Assembly (NCBI GenBank): GCA_030704615.1
Contig: CM060731.1
Span: forward strand, 13,392,001-13,456,000
Length of the DNA: 64,000 nucleotides
Direction: 5' to 3'
Source of the DNA: Takakia lepidozioides
Lineage: Eukaryota > Plantae > Bryophyta
Shown: piece after piece, positions 11,404-25,743 of the stretch
How the letters are laid out: each line of letters begins with the position of its first letter
Position numbering within the stretch: position 1 is the stretch's first letter
The notes under the pieces: generated by a model
Seen by the model: the letters and a program-made list of their open reading frames with translations, nothing else
Told to the model about the DNA's origin: nothing
Databases searched by the model: none
Program-made: the position numbers and the translations under genes

Positions 11404-13193
11404 GTCAGCAATGTAGCAATGTATGATCGATTTGCTCCACCTAATTGGTCCTACATATTTGATTACACCAAGTGGGGAACCAGGTGAGGGTAGATTGAAA
11501 TGGCAGGTTTGGCCTCCCAATTCAATGACTGGGGCTTGAACGTCAATGATTGACCAGTGTACTTCACCCCAATAGCGAACCTACAGTAGTTGGACGTCTT
11601 TCGATCGTGCTTGAGGAAAGGGTCTGAAAAAATTCTCCGAGCTCGTCGGATCTAAGTACATTTCCACAGCCATGGTGTACTAGTTGATTCACTTCGGCAG
11701 GAGGGTCTTCACAAGTGGGCGCATTGCTGGTAGGTTTGGAAATATCAGCCGAAATGCTCTGGGAATTTGGTCCGCAGATACGTGGCTAAAATTGTTTCCT
11801 CTAGCAAACAAATAGAAGCTGGTACGTACTTAGAAAGCACTAATGAATCACTTCGAACGGTTGTGACCTTCATGAATGTATGTCAGAGAAAGAAAGAAAT
11901 CGGAAGAAATTACTCTACTGTGCCACGGACCGAGAGTTGGTACCTGATTATCAACCTGGCCAGTGATGGACTTACAACTTGGGACAAATCTTCGTTGCAA
12001 TGCGGCAGCCAAGCTTCAGCCGAAGAGCTACTTCCCTACGTCAAAAACGGAATCCATGTGCCGGATCTAGAAGATTTTCCCTAAGCTCTGCCCATGATGC
12101 CCTGAGATCCCATTCTGTACACAAGTATTTCTGACGTTAAGGTAGTACTAGCTTTGGTGCAAAGATGGTTTCAAGAATCGAGGGATGTGGAGGAAGATAA
12201 ATATATATTCAGGTCTACTCCAGGCTTTAGAAATCTGGAAGACGCGGGACTGTCCTGCACTACTGTGATCTGTAATGTTCAGACCTCCAGTCCTCATAAA
12301 CCTTGACTAATCAACTAACTTAAGTCGACTTAGGTTGGGGCAAATGCGGAATCAAATGGGTGTGTGCCTCAAGACAAGGCGCTGCTCTGGGCCGGGACGT
12401 CTGGACCCCGCCATAGCTGCAGGTGCCTGGAGGTGGCCGGTGTCCTACTTGACTGCGCCCGCACTGCCCGGGATGTGACATGCTGATCATCTACTTTTCT
12501 AAGAATCTGCGACAGAATATCCATGTATACACCATCGTCTTCATTGATATTTTATGGTATATGCTCTGTACTGCGCGGACGATGTGTGGGCGTTACGCTA
12601 TTTATACCCGTACTATACCCGAACATTAACCTAACTAGAGTATTCTAATCGAGATTCTAATGATACTCGATTGGACGTCCTCTTCATTGATATCGCCCAC
12701 AGAGCTTCGGCAGTATTGTTAAGCAGGAAGAACTGGGGAAGAACTACACCTTCTCCCCTCAGAATTCAGATTAGTATGATTGTGAAGAACTCAAATGCTT
12801 CATTGTCCGGAGCCAGGCCATACTGCAGACTATTAATGAGAGCCAAGTTCGGGCGCCAATATACTGATCGGAGATGAGCTTGGGGATTGGATACCTGAGC
12901 AGCAGGAAACTGAGAACTTGCATTGATTACACTGTACATACGTCGTACATATATAATGTGTCTCAAGAATGTGGCTGCCCAAGGGGTGTTAGGTGCTTCA
13001 TCCCACTTCAATACTGGAGAGTTCTTGGGTGATACACAAAGTTATTGGAGCAATTTCTGTTGAAATACTAATAGATTACTGGTGGAATAGTCGTGTAGTC
13101 ACAAAATACATGTGGCAGTCCACCGAGCAGTCACATGTGGTAGTCTCTAAGAAGTCGCTTGAATTTATAGTTAGTTGGATCCCCGGCTCTTTG

Positions 13194-13439
13194 TGTTAAA
13201 ACATCCTGAATGCTTTACTAAGCATGAACACTACAGCCGGATTACAAAGCCCTTAGAAGGCAGCCTATTTATTGAAGGAGTGCATTAACTAGTAAGAAAC
13301 AGTAGTAATAAACAGTGGTGGGTGGGGAAAGCCTACAAACCTGGATGGCCAACTGACTAACACTAAATTGAACTAAATACTACAGTGGAGGCCACCTCAC
13401 GAGTGGGCCCTATGCTGAGAGAGTCACTAATTTCTAACA
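13194..13439 (-). repeat. 3' LTR of Copia element
   Basis: tgttaaaacatcctg...tttctaaca; adjacent polypurine tract (ccccctctc on + strand, from 13440); has an extra 13-bp duplication relative to the 5' LTR. Confidence 0.95.
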
Positions 13440-13989
13440 CCCCCTCTCAATCTTAGCATCTTCTCTAGGGTTTTCTATCAACCCAATTCTTTTTTTTTGT
13501 TGTTGATATGTCATTTGTTGCTGATCTCAGACAGACTGCAAACACCCAACGCTGCTCTAAATTTCTCAAACATTTGCCTTCCTAATGGTTTAGTCATAAT
13601 ATCAGCGATCTGATCTTGTGTGGCTACATGAATCAAATCAACTTCTTCATTTTCTATCTTCTCGCGGATATAGTGATAGTGTACTTCAATATGTTTCGTG
13701 CGAGCATGGAAGACCAGGTTTCGAGCAATCTTTGCACTGCTCTGATTGTCACATTTGATCACAGTTGGTCCATCCTTCAGAATACCCAATTCCTCGTACA
13801 ATCTTCGCAACCAAGTGGTCTCCTTGGCACCTTCAGTGAGTGCGCGGTATTCAGCTTCTGTGGACGACAATGCCACAGTTGGTTGTTTTTTGGAGCTCCA
13901 AGTGATTGCACTTTCTCCAATTCTGAAGACATATCCTGAAGTGGAGTGTCGATTATCACTCTCACCCGCCTAGTCTGCGTCTGTGTGAC

Positions 13990-16900
13990 CACTACAAGAG
14001 ATGAGTGTTTTTAGGACTACGGCTTTGGCGGAGTCATAAAATAGGTTTTAAAAAGTTAAAAAATTGCTAATAAGGTTGCCCATTAGGGTAATCGTGAATA
14101 GAAAGGAGGGCTGGGACTTGGCGTTTTTTTGTCTCCTGCGCCACACCACATAGCCGAGGGATGGAACGCGATGATAGCAGGATATGCAGGGGCGTGGGAT
14201 GGAGGCGTTGAGCAAATGATGCACGAAGGAGAAGAGACGACGAGACGAGACGAGGAGAAGCGAGCTCGCCGTTCTTGGGAAAGTCAGCTTGGTCTTAGCA
14301 TGCGTGTTTCAATCTCTGACTACTCAGCTACGCCGTAGCGGTTCGATCTCACAGACCAATCCGACATTACCTGACTACAGACACAAACAGTACACACAAG
14401 AGGTCCTTTTAGGTTGATGGTCGGTCAAATCCTCCATGGGTCAGGACAGGTCAAGGACAATGTGGTAGGGTACCTTCTTCTTCAACCTATTTCAGCCTGT
14501 GTTGCCCTCTCATCAGACTCGGCCGCAAGATGCATATTGAATTCTGTAAGTTAGGTCGTTGGATAGATCTGTGGTGGTTTGGAGTGACTTTGGCAAGTTA
14601 CTGCCAGTGTGGCAGCATGGAAGTATCCAAAAACATATAATAGAGGTGAGGAGAAGCTTTGGGGTGAACACTTTCCGACCCCAGTCAATGGTGGGACAAC
14701 GGAGACAAAAAAACGAATGCCTGTTGGACTACAGAGAGAAGCAGATGCATTTCAGATTGTGATAAGTAGGGTTGGGGTGTTTTGGGGAAGAACTCCACAC
14801 CGGTATGGTTGGGGTGTTTGCTGGTAGAATTCTAGGCTGTCAGAGGCATGGATAGCTGAAGGAGCAGGGATAGAGTGTGGGTCCAGATTCATCCAAGAGG
14901 GCTGGATTTCAAGCTCCACATTACCTATGATTCCCTGTGGAAGGATAGCTACAAGAAACCTACATGGGTAGATGGTCAACTGGAAGCGGCAGCAGCAGTG
15001 GCACAATTGATAAGGTCAGGCACTTCTACTGAAGGCACCTCCTTCAGCACATTTCACCCTGTTTTCCCTCTTATCCGTTTCTTGCGAGCTGTCTTCTCTT
15101 ATCTATTTGTCTGCCCAGTCTTCAGTGAATGCGTCAAGGCTTTGTGTTTTGGCTTCTTCCTCGCTTTTGTCACCCTCTCCCATGAATATCTCTGGTTGGC
15201 GCTCAAACCCTGCTGAGCTGTAGATGTTGTCCATGCCAATGCATTCTTCTTCACCAAATCCATGTTTTTGCCCTAAATCCTTGATGTCTTGGCTGGATTT
15301 CTGCAGAATAGGCATCCCATCCCCTATTTTGGCCTTCTTTGCACTTCCCCGTGTCAACATGTTGATGTGGGGTGTTGTTGTAGTCTTATTGGAGTGTGAT
15401 CACTTATATGGTATATCTCGTCCAACTCATCCAGTGCCTCCAGCTCATTATGAGTGAACTGACATGATACTTGTGCTGTTGGTTGCATCGTGTACTCCGT
15501 GCTTGGCAATGGATAAGCTGCTCCTCCTTCCACGTACTCATTGATCACTGCAAAAGGTGCTCCATACATCTTCCTTTGAGGTCCTGCCCCTTTTTTTGCT
15601 TCTGTGATTGGTTCAGCTTTGCTGAAAGTTTGCCAAGACCCATGTTGGATTAGTGTGTGACGACTGTGTCTCATGTTATTACAGATTTTAGACAATGTCT
15701 TTGTTTGGGCCTTCTAATGCCTTGTCTGATGGACTCAGGTTAAAATCAACTTGTATCCACTCTGCTTCCATGTTGTTGCTGTCAGCAGCTTGTTCTTTTG
15801 CCAGCTGAACCCTGATAGGGCCTGGGTCTTCCCTTCTGCCCGCATCAGAGCATTTCGCAATGTCTGTAGTTGCTTCATCCTTCCTCAACTCCGCCCTCTC
15901 TTTGGCAGGTTGCGCACCTTCACCACCTTTGTTGTTTTTTTATTTGCACATGGTATCTGTTGCTTGCGTATCCTCATTGTAGTATTGAATATGCCCTGTA
16001 GGCATTGGCCTTACAAAGCCATTGTGCCCACTCTGGGTTTGGGTCATAGAACTTGGTTGTCATTGTCAACTGCTAGCAGCAAGGCGAGGATGTATGCATG
16101 ATTTGTGCAGGGGCATGGATAGCTGAAGGAGCAGAGATAGATGTGTGGGTCCACATTCATCCAAGAAGGCCGGATTTCAAGCTCCATATTACCTATGATT
16201 CCCTGTGGAAGGATAGGTACAAGAAACCTGCATGGGTAGATGGTCAACTGGAAGCCGCAGCAGCAGCGGCACAATTGATCAAATCAGGCACTGTTAATCA
16301 AGGCACCTTCTTCAACACATTTCACCCTGTTTTTCCCTCTTATCAAATCGGCCGTAAATATTGCACTGTTTACCAGGGTCCTTAATTCTAGTAGCACCAG
16401 AACAAACTAGTATTACAACAATTCAGCCCATGTGTGGGCTTGCTTATTTTTTGCTTACTGAACCTTTTCAGGCATGGATTTTTGGACCTTGTGGCCTTTG
16501 AGGTATCCATTGGGACATTGGTCTCATTTGGATTTTTGTAATATAATTTACAGGGCGTGTATTTCCCTGTACTTGTCTATTTTGAATGTCCTTGTGGTTG
16601 CTAGTATGCAAGAGGGGTCCATTCTATTTTTATATCAGAATTTCACCATATAATGAAGAATTTAAATCATTTAATCTATTTTTATTTTATATAATAGTAT
16701 TAAATTAAACATTAATACCATTTAATAAAAAATTCCAAGCTGCTATCCCCTGTTTCCAAAAATATAAATATAAATTTAAGAATTTAAAATTACAAATATA
16801 ACTATTAAATTATTTTCAGAGACATTCTTGATGACACGTGGCATAAACCCTGTCATATATGCTAGTCATATATTATGTCTAAGTGCCACATGTCACATCT

Positions 16901-17209
16901 GAAGTGCAATAGGTGTCGTGACATGTCACTTGCGCAGTGGTGCACGTGTTCCTCTAAAGCCTCTCCATGTAGGCAACGCTCATCAGACAATGTAGTCATA
17001 TAGTTAGTCGAGTTGTAACTACATCACTCTCTTATGCATGACTCTAGGTGCCACGCACGCAGTCACGGCTATGATTTGCAAAATGCAGTCCTAAAGACTA
17101 GTCGCTATGACATGGCTTTTTTCACTATAGAGTGATGTAGTCATGAACGCATATAGGACTGAAAAAATAGTCATATGTGCAGTCATAAAAACGCTCATCT
17201 GTTGTAGTG
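13990..17209. mobile_element. Non-autonomous CACTA element with unidentified cargo
   Basis: TIRs CACTACAAGAGATGAGTGTTTTTAGGACT / CACTACAACAGATGAGCGTTTTTATGACT; TSD GAC; removal rejoins the Copia frame LLNG|HTDAD. Confidence 0.94.
14845..16344. repeat. About 230-bp diverged direct repeat (14845-15075 and 16112-16344)
   Basis: Both copies run ggcatggatagctgaaggagcag...ttccctcttatc. Confidence 0.9.
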
Positions 17210-20200
17210 GACCATTTAGCAAAGTACTTGATCCCCTTCGATAAAAGATCCCATAATCCGCTGTACCAGCTATGTATCTTAGGATGTGATCGACCGCATC
17301 CATGTGAGCCTTTTGTGGCACCGCCATGTAACGACTCACTGCTCCAACCGAGTACACCAAGTCGGGTCTGGTGTTTGTCAAATAAACAAGTTTCCCTACT
17401 TTTCTTTGATACAGTGTTGCATCTGAAAGTGGGGTGCCCATGTCAAAATTTGAGATTCTCGATCATAGGCACTTTATGTGAATTGCAATGAGAGAATCCG
17501 AATTCTGCAAGCAATTTCTTAACATACCCCCTCTAAGTGATCATAATATCTCTTCAACATGAAGAAATTCAGCTGCTAAATATAACTGTATGAGGCCAAG
17601 ATCAGTCATATCGTAAGCAAGCTTGAGTTGTTCGCATGGCCAGGCTATCTTTTCTGAGTGACTGCCGGTTAGCAGTAAATCATCTACATAGAGAATTAGC
17701 AAAACAACCTTGCCATTCTCTTTGTAATAGTAGAGATTGTAATCTGCACCAGAGCGGTTAAGACCTTGAGATTGAAGAAAGGAATCGATGTTTGCATACC
17801 AAGCACGTGGCGCTTGCTTGAGGCCACCTTCAACAATTTACATACCTTAGTTTCATGACCTGGCTTTTGAAATCCCTCTGGTTGTCTCATAAAGACTTCT
17901 TTCAATTCGCCATTCAAGAACGCGGTTTTGACATCCATGTGAAAGATCTCCCAGTTTGAGTATGCGGCAAGTGCAAAAATCGGTCGAATAGTTCCCCACT
18001 TCACCACAGGGGCAAACGTCTCGTCATAATCGATTCCCTTGCGCTGTTGGAAGCCACGTGCAACCAACCTTGCTTTGAGCTTGTCTGGTGACCCATCAAC
18101 TTTTTGCTTGATTTTATAAACCCACTTAGCAGTGATTGGAGTTTTCCCAGGAGGAAGGTCCACTAATTCCCAAGTTCTATTCTTGGAAATTGAGTCCATT
18201 TCTGACTGCATTGCATCGCACCAGCCCTCCACTTGAGAAGCTTCATGAAAGCTTGTAGGTTCCTCACTTTCAACCACATTCACATAGTCATCCAAGAGAG
18301 CTGGCCTTTGACGAACTCTTGTTGACTTGCGTTCAATAGTGTGCATAGGAGTGGCAACTTGCTCGTGAGTTGGTTCAGTAGGTCCTGCCTCATCTTCAAT
18401 GTGTACATCATCTTCTGGGTTAATATAAAGATCAACGTGAATATCAATAGCAGGATGGGTCGGTGGATTTGGTACTGTGGCCGTTTGTTGGACTATTGAT
18501 TCTTCAGAACAATCATCATCTCCATCATCATTCGATGTCGATTAGAATGTCGCTCTGCTTCAGGCGCATCTCCTTGAACAGGGATCTTCTCGATAAACAT
18601 CACATCCTGACTAATAAAGATCTTACGTGTGGTAGGATTGAATAATCTGTAAGTCTTCGTTTCGATGTCGTAACCAACCAAGATGCAAACTATGGATTTT
18701 GGATCTAGCTTACCCATGTATTGTTTATCAACATGAACAAAAGACTTGCTGCCAAAAATGCGAAGATGAGATATCACTGGTTTGGTACCTGAAAACTTCT
18801 CATGTGGAGTCATACCAGCATTTGCACTTGAAGGACACCGATTTATCAGATAAGCAGCTGTATTCACAGCTTCCGACCACAGAAACTTTGGTAGATCAGC
18901 TTCGAGTACCATACTCCTTGCGCGTTCAAGTAGAGTGCGATTTTTGCGCTCTGAAACACCGTTTTGCTAAGGTGTGCGAGGTTGACTGAGCTGTCGTGTA
19001 ATCCCGTGCTCATGGAGATATTTAGTGAAAGCATGAGACATAAATTCACCACCACGATCTGCTCTCAAACATTTGATCGTCTTTCTAGTCGCATTAGAAC
19101 TCAATCATGTTTCTCAAAGTTTTGAAGTTTTGCAGAGCCTCATCTTTCCTTCTCAAAAAATACACCCATGTGTATCGGCTATAATCATCAGTTATGGCCA
19201 TAAAGTACCTTGAGCCTGAGAGTGATGGTGCCTGCATAGGACCACACAAGTCCGTGTGCAACAGTTGGAGTATCTCAGTAGCTCTATGTTCAGCTACCTT
19301 CAGAAATTTCTTTCGTTGATGTTTTCCTAGTAAGCAGCCCATGCATGTGCATGTTCCTCTGAGAAGTGGAAGGTGTGACATGCCCACAGCTCGATGTTGA
19401 GCAGTTAACTGGTGGACCCCCCTAAAGTTTAGATGACCCAAACGTCGATGCCAAAGTTGAGTCATTTTAGGATAATCTATTTGTGGTACAACCTCGTCAC
19501 AAGCATTTATTTCTATCTGTTTTTCAGTGTCTATGCTACGGCTTTCAAGGAACTTGCTCGTATCTAGTTTGTATAATCCATTTCGACTATCTCTAGTTCC
19601 CTGAGCTATGATTTTCGTGGGTCTTTCTTGTCTATAAATAAACATCTCCTAGAGTCAAATATTGCTAAATGTCCACTATCAGTCATTGCACCTACTGAAA
19701 ACAAATTTTGTCTTATGCCAGGCACGTAAAGAACGTCAGATATTTTCTTTATTGAACCATTTAGTCTTAACTTGGCATGGCCATTGCCAAGGACATTGTG
19801 TGCATGCCCACCAGCAAACTTCACATTATGTGAGCATCTGGATGCTACTACATCATGCACAAGATCAGAATTTCCTGTGATGTGTTTTGTAGCACCAGAA
19901 TCGACAAACCATTCATGTTGATCGATGATCTCTGCTGATAATGCTTCATCTTTTTCTCCAACTTCCACAGCTGCTAAAGCTGCTTCGAGTACTTCAATGA
20001 CATCATTACTATAGTCACTATCATTACTGTCGCTAGCATTTTCAACAAGGTTGACCTGCTGGGAGCGAAGTTTTAGAACCTGATCATATGGAACAGCATA
20101 GTCTTTAGCCCAGTGACCGGGCTTACCACAACGGTTGCATGTGGATACCTTCTTGTCGATAGGAGCTCTGGAGTCTCGTTTGTCACCTCGAAAACAACGG

Positions 20201-21028
20201 CTAGGACCATCCATCTTCCGAAACTTAACATAGAGAGCTTCAGTTTCCTTTTGATGACACCCCCTCAACTCTCTTCGAGTTTCCTCGTGAAAGAGTTTGG
20301 CGGTGACCTCTTCCAAGGTCGGAAAATCTCTTTGGCTCAATACAGCTTGAACGTAATGCTCGTAGCTCTCTGGCAGGGCATTGAGCACCATTTCCATCAT
20401 CATTTTCTCGTCCATCTTGTCTCCAAATCCTGCAAGTTGATTCACAAGATCAGATATTGTTTCAATGAAAACTTCCATAGGCGTACCTTCCTCCATGCGG
20501 AGGTTAACAGGCAATTGCATAGCATCAGCTTTCTAGAAGTGGCCTTGACCTCATAAAGCTCACAAAGCTTTACATACATCTTCCTAGGACAGGTGATATC
20601 TTGTATGTAAGGAATGACCTTATCAGAGAGAGACATGCAAATGATAGAAGGGCTCTATTCTTTCTCTTGTTGTGAGCTTCTCGTTGTCCCTTTGGAGGTG
20701 ACACATCTGTGTCTAAGAATGGAAGTAGTTCTTCTCTAAGCATCATGGTTCTCAGTTTGAACTTCCAGATGTTCTAGTTCTGCTGTCCAACGAGTTTATT
20801 GGACTCCGAGAGATTGATGTGCTGGACTGTATCTAGTGGCATCGACATCTTGAGCGATGATGTTAGTACTGGAAACAACGATTAGTGAGAAGAAGAAATA
20901 AGAATTGACTCTTCCTGGTCAATGAGACGAAGCCTACAATAGACTACATATCTGAGACGGAGCAGAAGGATCTACGTCTGAAGTCTTCTACAGTGACTTC
21001 CTACACTTCGATTCCCACAGCTGCCTTG

Positions 21029-21041
21029 AGCTCTGATACCA
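21029..21041 (-). promoter_or_regulatory. Primer-binding site complementary to tRNA-iMet
   Basis: TGGTATCAGAGCT on the minus strand immediately inside the 5' LTR. Confidence 0.9.
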
Positions 21042-21274
21042 TGTTAAAACATCCTGAATGCTTTACTAAGCATGAACACTACAGCCGGAATACAAAGCCC
21101 TTAGGAGGTAGCCTATTTATCTGAAGGAGTGCATTAACTAGTAATAAACAGTGGTGGGTGGGGAAAGCCTAGAAACCTGGATGACCAACTGACTAACACT
21201 AAATTGAACCAAATACTATAGGGGAGGCCACCTCACGAGTGGGCCCATGCTGAGAGAGTCACTAATTTCTAACA
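21042..21274 (-). repeat. 5' LTR of Copia element
   Basis: Near-identical to 13194-13439. Confidence 0.95.
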
Positions 21275-21299
21275 CTTTGCACCTTATTTACACGCAGAT

Positions 21300-21782
21300 G
21301 ACACTCATTGTTCTTCTTCTTCTAATATGTATGTACGTGTATTATATCTGAAAATCAAGCTGTGCAAACTACAGTACAGCATGAAGATCTAGGCTGGAAT
21401 GAATGACCTACAGACTATCAAATCGTTTATATATCTACGGTATTTATAGAGGCATAATTAAGTGAGCTGAGCTAATCCTGCGGTGGAGCGATGGTGCAGC
21501 GGTGCAATAATTACCAACTAACTATCCTAGTGAATTCTGAGGACTAACTAACACAAGTGAGTGCAATAATTACCAACTAACTATCCTAATGAATTATGAG
21601 GACTAACTAACACAAGTGATTTAAATACCCTCCCTCCGTCCCCAGATTCTATTATTCATGAAGATGTCTACTAGGAGCACGAGGAGTTGCGAGCCTGCGG
21701 CTATGGATGAATTGACGAGGGCCCCGGAACATTAGTCGATGGTGAGGCCTGAGTCTTCAGCTGGAGTTCTCCCGCTTCAGTT
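21300..21782 (-). mobile_element. 3' end and LTR remnant of an older Copia (continues at 34575-34949)
   Basis: RNase H tail ELGMCSLT at 34575+ reads on into 21782 once the CACTA is removed; PPT-like ggagggaggg near 21630-21640; 59-bp tandem duplication 21502-21619. Left boundary approximate. Confidence 0.6.
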
Positions 21783-22145
21783 CACTAGAAGAAAAACGCG
21801 GAATAACCACTCTGTTAATCACTCATTTTGAGTGGTAAAAGACACTAAACCACTTTGGCCTTAGAGTGATGAAGAACCAGTGCATTAGGACAAGTGAGTG
21901 GTAAAAGACATTACGTGGCACCGGTGGTTAAGAACAGTGGTTCGAACCACTCACGTCCGGGTCCACCTGTTAGCTGACGTGTCACAGTGGTAAATTAACC
22001 ACTGTGACATGTCAATGATGTCAGTTTGAATGGAATATTGCCTCATTCCAGGAGTTTTGGGGTGCATTTCATTACACTGCAAAAAAAAGTCTGATACAGC
22101 AAAATGCAATTGAAAATATCCATATGGAGGATTCCCTTTGCCCCA

Positions 22146-25100
22146 TCAATGATTTCTGGAATTCCTAAGGAAGAGTTTGTGCAGCTCGTTCATGCTCAAC
22201 GCCGGTGCATGAATAAAGTCATCAATAGTCACGTTCATCCTCAACCTCTTCAGGTAAATGTAATACAGATGCTTGCACGGATAATACTTCGAACCCTTCT
22301 TTGCTTCCATCAACGAGAAGTCCGTACAATTGCAAGTCGGCTCCACTCCAATCGTAATTGTGTATACATCGTCGCGTACAGCCGAGCCGGCCGTTGCCAT
22401 CCGATACACACGCCTAAGGCCGGGTGGGGGTACGTCCACGGAGCTCTGAATAGTGCAAGTCATCCCAAGAGCATTGGCAATCCGAGTCTCATTCAACTTG
22501 TTGGGAGGGTGTCGTCTTTTCACTCTTTCGAATCGCATTGTGGGATGTGCAGAATTGTCCAGTCCGTCTCTACTGGACCAAGCAGTCTGCAATGGCTGGG
22601 TCTGAGGAACCGGAAATGCGTGGGCCGGGATGTCTGTGCGTTGCACCATTCGAAATCCTGCTGCAGATAGAGCATCCGCCTCATTCTGAGAGAGGCTGCA
22701 ACCCGGTGCAACAGGCCAGACGCCCGGAGGCTCCGGCATTCCCTGAATCCCGTACTTGGGCTTGCCAAATACACAGGTCATTATGTCGTGCCTACAGAAC
22801 CAAAATGTCAGCGTTGTGGCGTGAGCAAATGTGGGAGTCAAAAATCTGCCGCTGAAACAAAGTGCAGGTACAGCACCATGTGGGTTCCTCCGAATCATCT
22901 CACCACAGCGTGCTCTTGTATCCAGCCGGATGGCGCAACACTTCCCTCGAAATGCCGGCAATGTCCTCGCAATTCTCCACTGTGACTCCGACACTCTTGT
23001 CTCCACAATGGGAATGTTGTACTGCTTTACTACAGATGGCTCGTTATGTTGCCGGGGCACGCGCCCTGTGCTCAAAGGAGATGGCGATCTTGAACGTGCA
23101 GGACTTGCGGTGCTCGATGAGACCTCCTCGGGCAACATCACCGGACCACGAGGGAGCGTGCGAATATTCTTGTCAGCTCGCCATGAATCATCTTCTCCGC
23201 CAGGTGCCTCGTCAAGTCTTCGTCTCACTGGACGGGTATGAACATCTTCTTCCAAATGTTGGCCTCTTCGCAACAATGGCGTGTCCCGAAGGCCCTCTCG
23301 CAAGGCCGCCGCCCTTTTCCGAGGATTCTTCGATCTAGAGGCAGTCCGCATCAGCATTTCCTGCCTGCCCGGCCCCAAGCCCCACTGTTTCCCTTTCAAG
23401 AACTCGTTGTACCTGCTTTGCTGCATAATTGATCTCACAATGTCCTCCGTTGTGGCAGTGAGGATGTCCACCAGATGCGCCGCAGAGGAGGCACGCCAGG
23501 AAGAGTGCACTGATTCGGCCATGTTTGTCGTGGGCATGTCGGTGTCGGAGTCGAGACACATTTCCTGCACAAGCACATGTTGAGGTTACAAGCAAGTTAC
23601 AAATATGGCCAAGAATAATATTCAACGGGACGCGAATTCGTGCAACTCACCTCCCGCATATAGTCGCCGAACTGGAGGAAACGATAATGCCACCATGCTA
23701 GCCAACTGACCATTGCTCCCTCGTCTGATTTCCTTACAGCATCTGACGATGTCCACCAAGCCCGTATACATGTAAACTGTGTCTCTGCATCATTCAAGGT
23801 GGGAGCGCGCTTCCACGCAAGGTACATGGAACGGTGCTCCTCTCTGAAATCTGGCGCCACGAGCCTGGTTGTGTACTGCGAAAGGCTCTGCAGAAAATGG
23901 AACCCACAAGATCTCTCCTTGCCTTCCATGGGAACATTGGGGTCTTCCCCGTACACCCTTCGGATGGCAGCCCAATTTGCTTGTGCGTTGTCCGCCATGA
24001 AACCACGGAAATTGGGAGGGGGCAATCCCGCCTTAGCCATCTGTTCATTTATTCCCTGCCAAAGAAGCATCTCCGATTGTGTGTCCTCTCCTTTCATCTC
24101 ACAAATAACAATTGTCATTAGCATCCTGCAGTGGGTGTCGTAGACATGAGCACCCATTGTCACCCACTAGTGATTTGTAATTCGTTTGATATGGTCGAAC
24201 ATGACCCAACTGTTTGACAAGTCCCCACTCGTCATCCTGTGGACCAGTTCGACGCCGCTGCCAGGTCCACACGTGGACATTTTGAATACGAAACAACGAT
24301 CTGCCTCAGTCCCTTGTCCTGGAAACCGACTTCCATGAATGTAGTCATATCCACATCGTCGCTTCACCTCCAGAATGGAGTGCATATCCGAGCCACGCCC
24401 AATTTTCTGTTTGCATGACACAATGTGGTTTCGGACATTCGGTGAACAGACGTGGGACACCGACTCCAGCAATGCCTCCATTTCCTTGTCATCGAGAGGA
24501 ACTCTGTCAGAACCGTCTTCCGACATAATTCTGGCCAACGCCATCTTATGGGCGGCTTGGAGCTGTATCTGTTTGGGTTTGGCACCCGGTCTCAACTTAA
24601 CCTCCTCCTGAACTAGCTGCTCTGCCTCGTGGGCAGCCTCCCGCGAGTTCCCCCTCGCCAATTTGTGACAATGGGATCCAACGTGTATGCAAGCTCGGGT
24701 GAGGTCAGGGAAACGGTGCAACACATAGAACTGCTTGGCATTACAAACAGACATGCAATGTGGTGGTTCTTTGCAATGCGCACACTTAAATGTGGAGTTC
24801 GGAACCTTCTCCTGAGCTCGAATTGGTTGATGAGTTGTGCCTGTCCAATCGGTCTCGTTCCTGTGACCTCTGGATTTAAAGTGGAAGCAAGTTGGGGAGA
24901 AACACCGCAACACGCCCGCACAAACAACGTAGTGCACCCGCACACCATCGAGCATCTTCATGCTGGTGGTTTTGGTAACGCACCAAGGATGACCGTCATG
25001 TTTTCTATCCATATCTGTCAACATTCCGGATGCCCTCGAGTAGTCCGCCCGAGGAGGGAACTCAAAGAAGATATTACCGTCGACGTCGGCGGGAAGGCAT

Positions 25101-25743
25101 GTAACCGATTTAATTGCGAACTTGCTGTAGTCCAGCCCGGCCAGCTCCGACCGGTGTCCCTCCAGGTGAAGCCCTCGCAGAATTTCAAGAATAGATCAAA
25201 CTGCGGTGCTCGTGCTGGGAATATGACTCCCTCCTCCATTGAGGACTTGCCTGATCTCCAGGACGACCTCGGAACTTCCATGACCTCGTCTGAGTCGGAC
25301 AGGTTGTGAACAACCCGGTTCTCGCTCGTCTTCATGGATGGGTTCGGCTCTAGATTTACTTCGTTGCGGACTTCTCTCTTTGAGGTAGCCACTCTCTGAT
25401 TCGCGGATTGTTTCGTGGAAGGCGCCAGGATAGAAGGTGCATTTGGCGGGCAAATGAAGTCCCCAACAGCCCTGTATATGACGTTGTCCGATGGTGGAAC
25501 TCGCCATTCCCTGCCATCGCCGAAATCATCGTGGAGCACAACAATACTCTCGACAACAAGGCCGTTTGAGTCCTTCCATTCCTCCTCCAAAAAAACCGAC
25601 CCCGGTTTTAGGTGGTATCGAACGCACAGATATTTCTCCATCACCCGGCAGATGTCCCCTCTGCACGGAAATGAAGCTCTATGCTCGTGAGGAGGGCAGT
25701 ACACTGTAGCGCTCGGGTTTTCCGCCATGGGAGATGTGCACAC
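22146..25743 (-). pseudogene. Mutator-like DDE transposase with N-terminal GCM/WRKY-like zinc domain and C-terminal SWIM finger
   Basis: LPADVDGN..DGHPW..CAGVLRC..C..CAHC..HVGSHCH; WVMFD, FMADNAQA, CGFH (CxxH), TTNMAESVH; SWIM CNCTDF..PCKH; GT-AG intron 23650-23565; stop at 24167 and a frame change near 25200. Confidence 0.78.

Larger units (their letters stand above)
13511..20848 (-). pseudogene. Copia gag-pol pseudogene
   Basis: Gag with broken zinc knuckle CNRCGKPGHWAKDY, protease WFVDSGATKH, integrase WHRRLGH / LHTDLCGP, RT LKARLVARGF / MDVKTAFLNG, RNase H SSTEAEY / ADIMTK; many frameshifts and stops; split by 13990-17209. Confidence 0.93.
13194..21274 (-). mobile_element. Full-length degenerate Ty1/Copia LTR retrotransposon, interrupted by a CACTA
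   Basis: TG..CA LTRs at both ends, TSD CTTTG (13189-13193, 21275-21279), PBS, PPT and gag-PR-IN-RT-RNaseH order. Confidence 0.96.

Noticed and set aside
11500-13190. Possible gene remnant (ORFs 11767-12084 and 12766-13011)
   Set aside because: No recognisable motif or splice structure.
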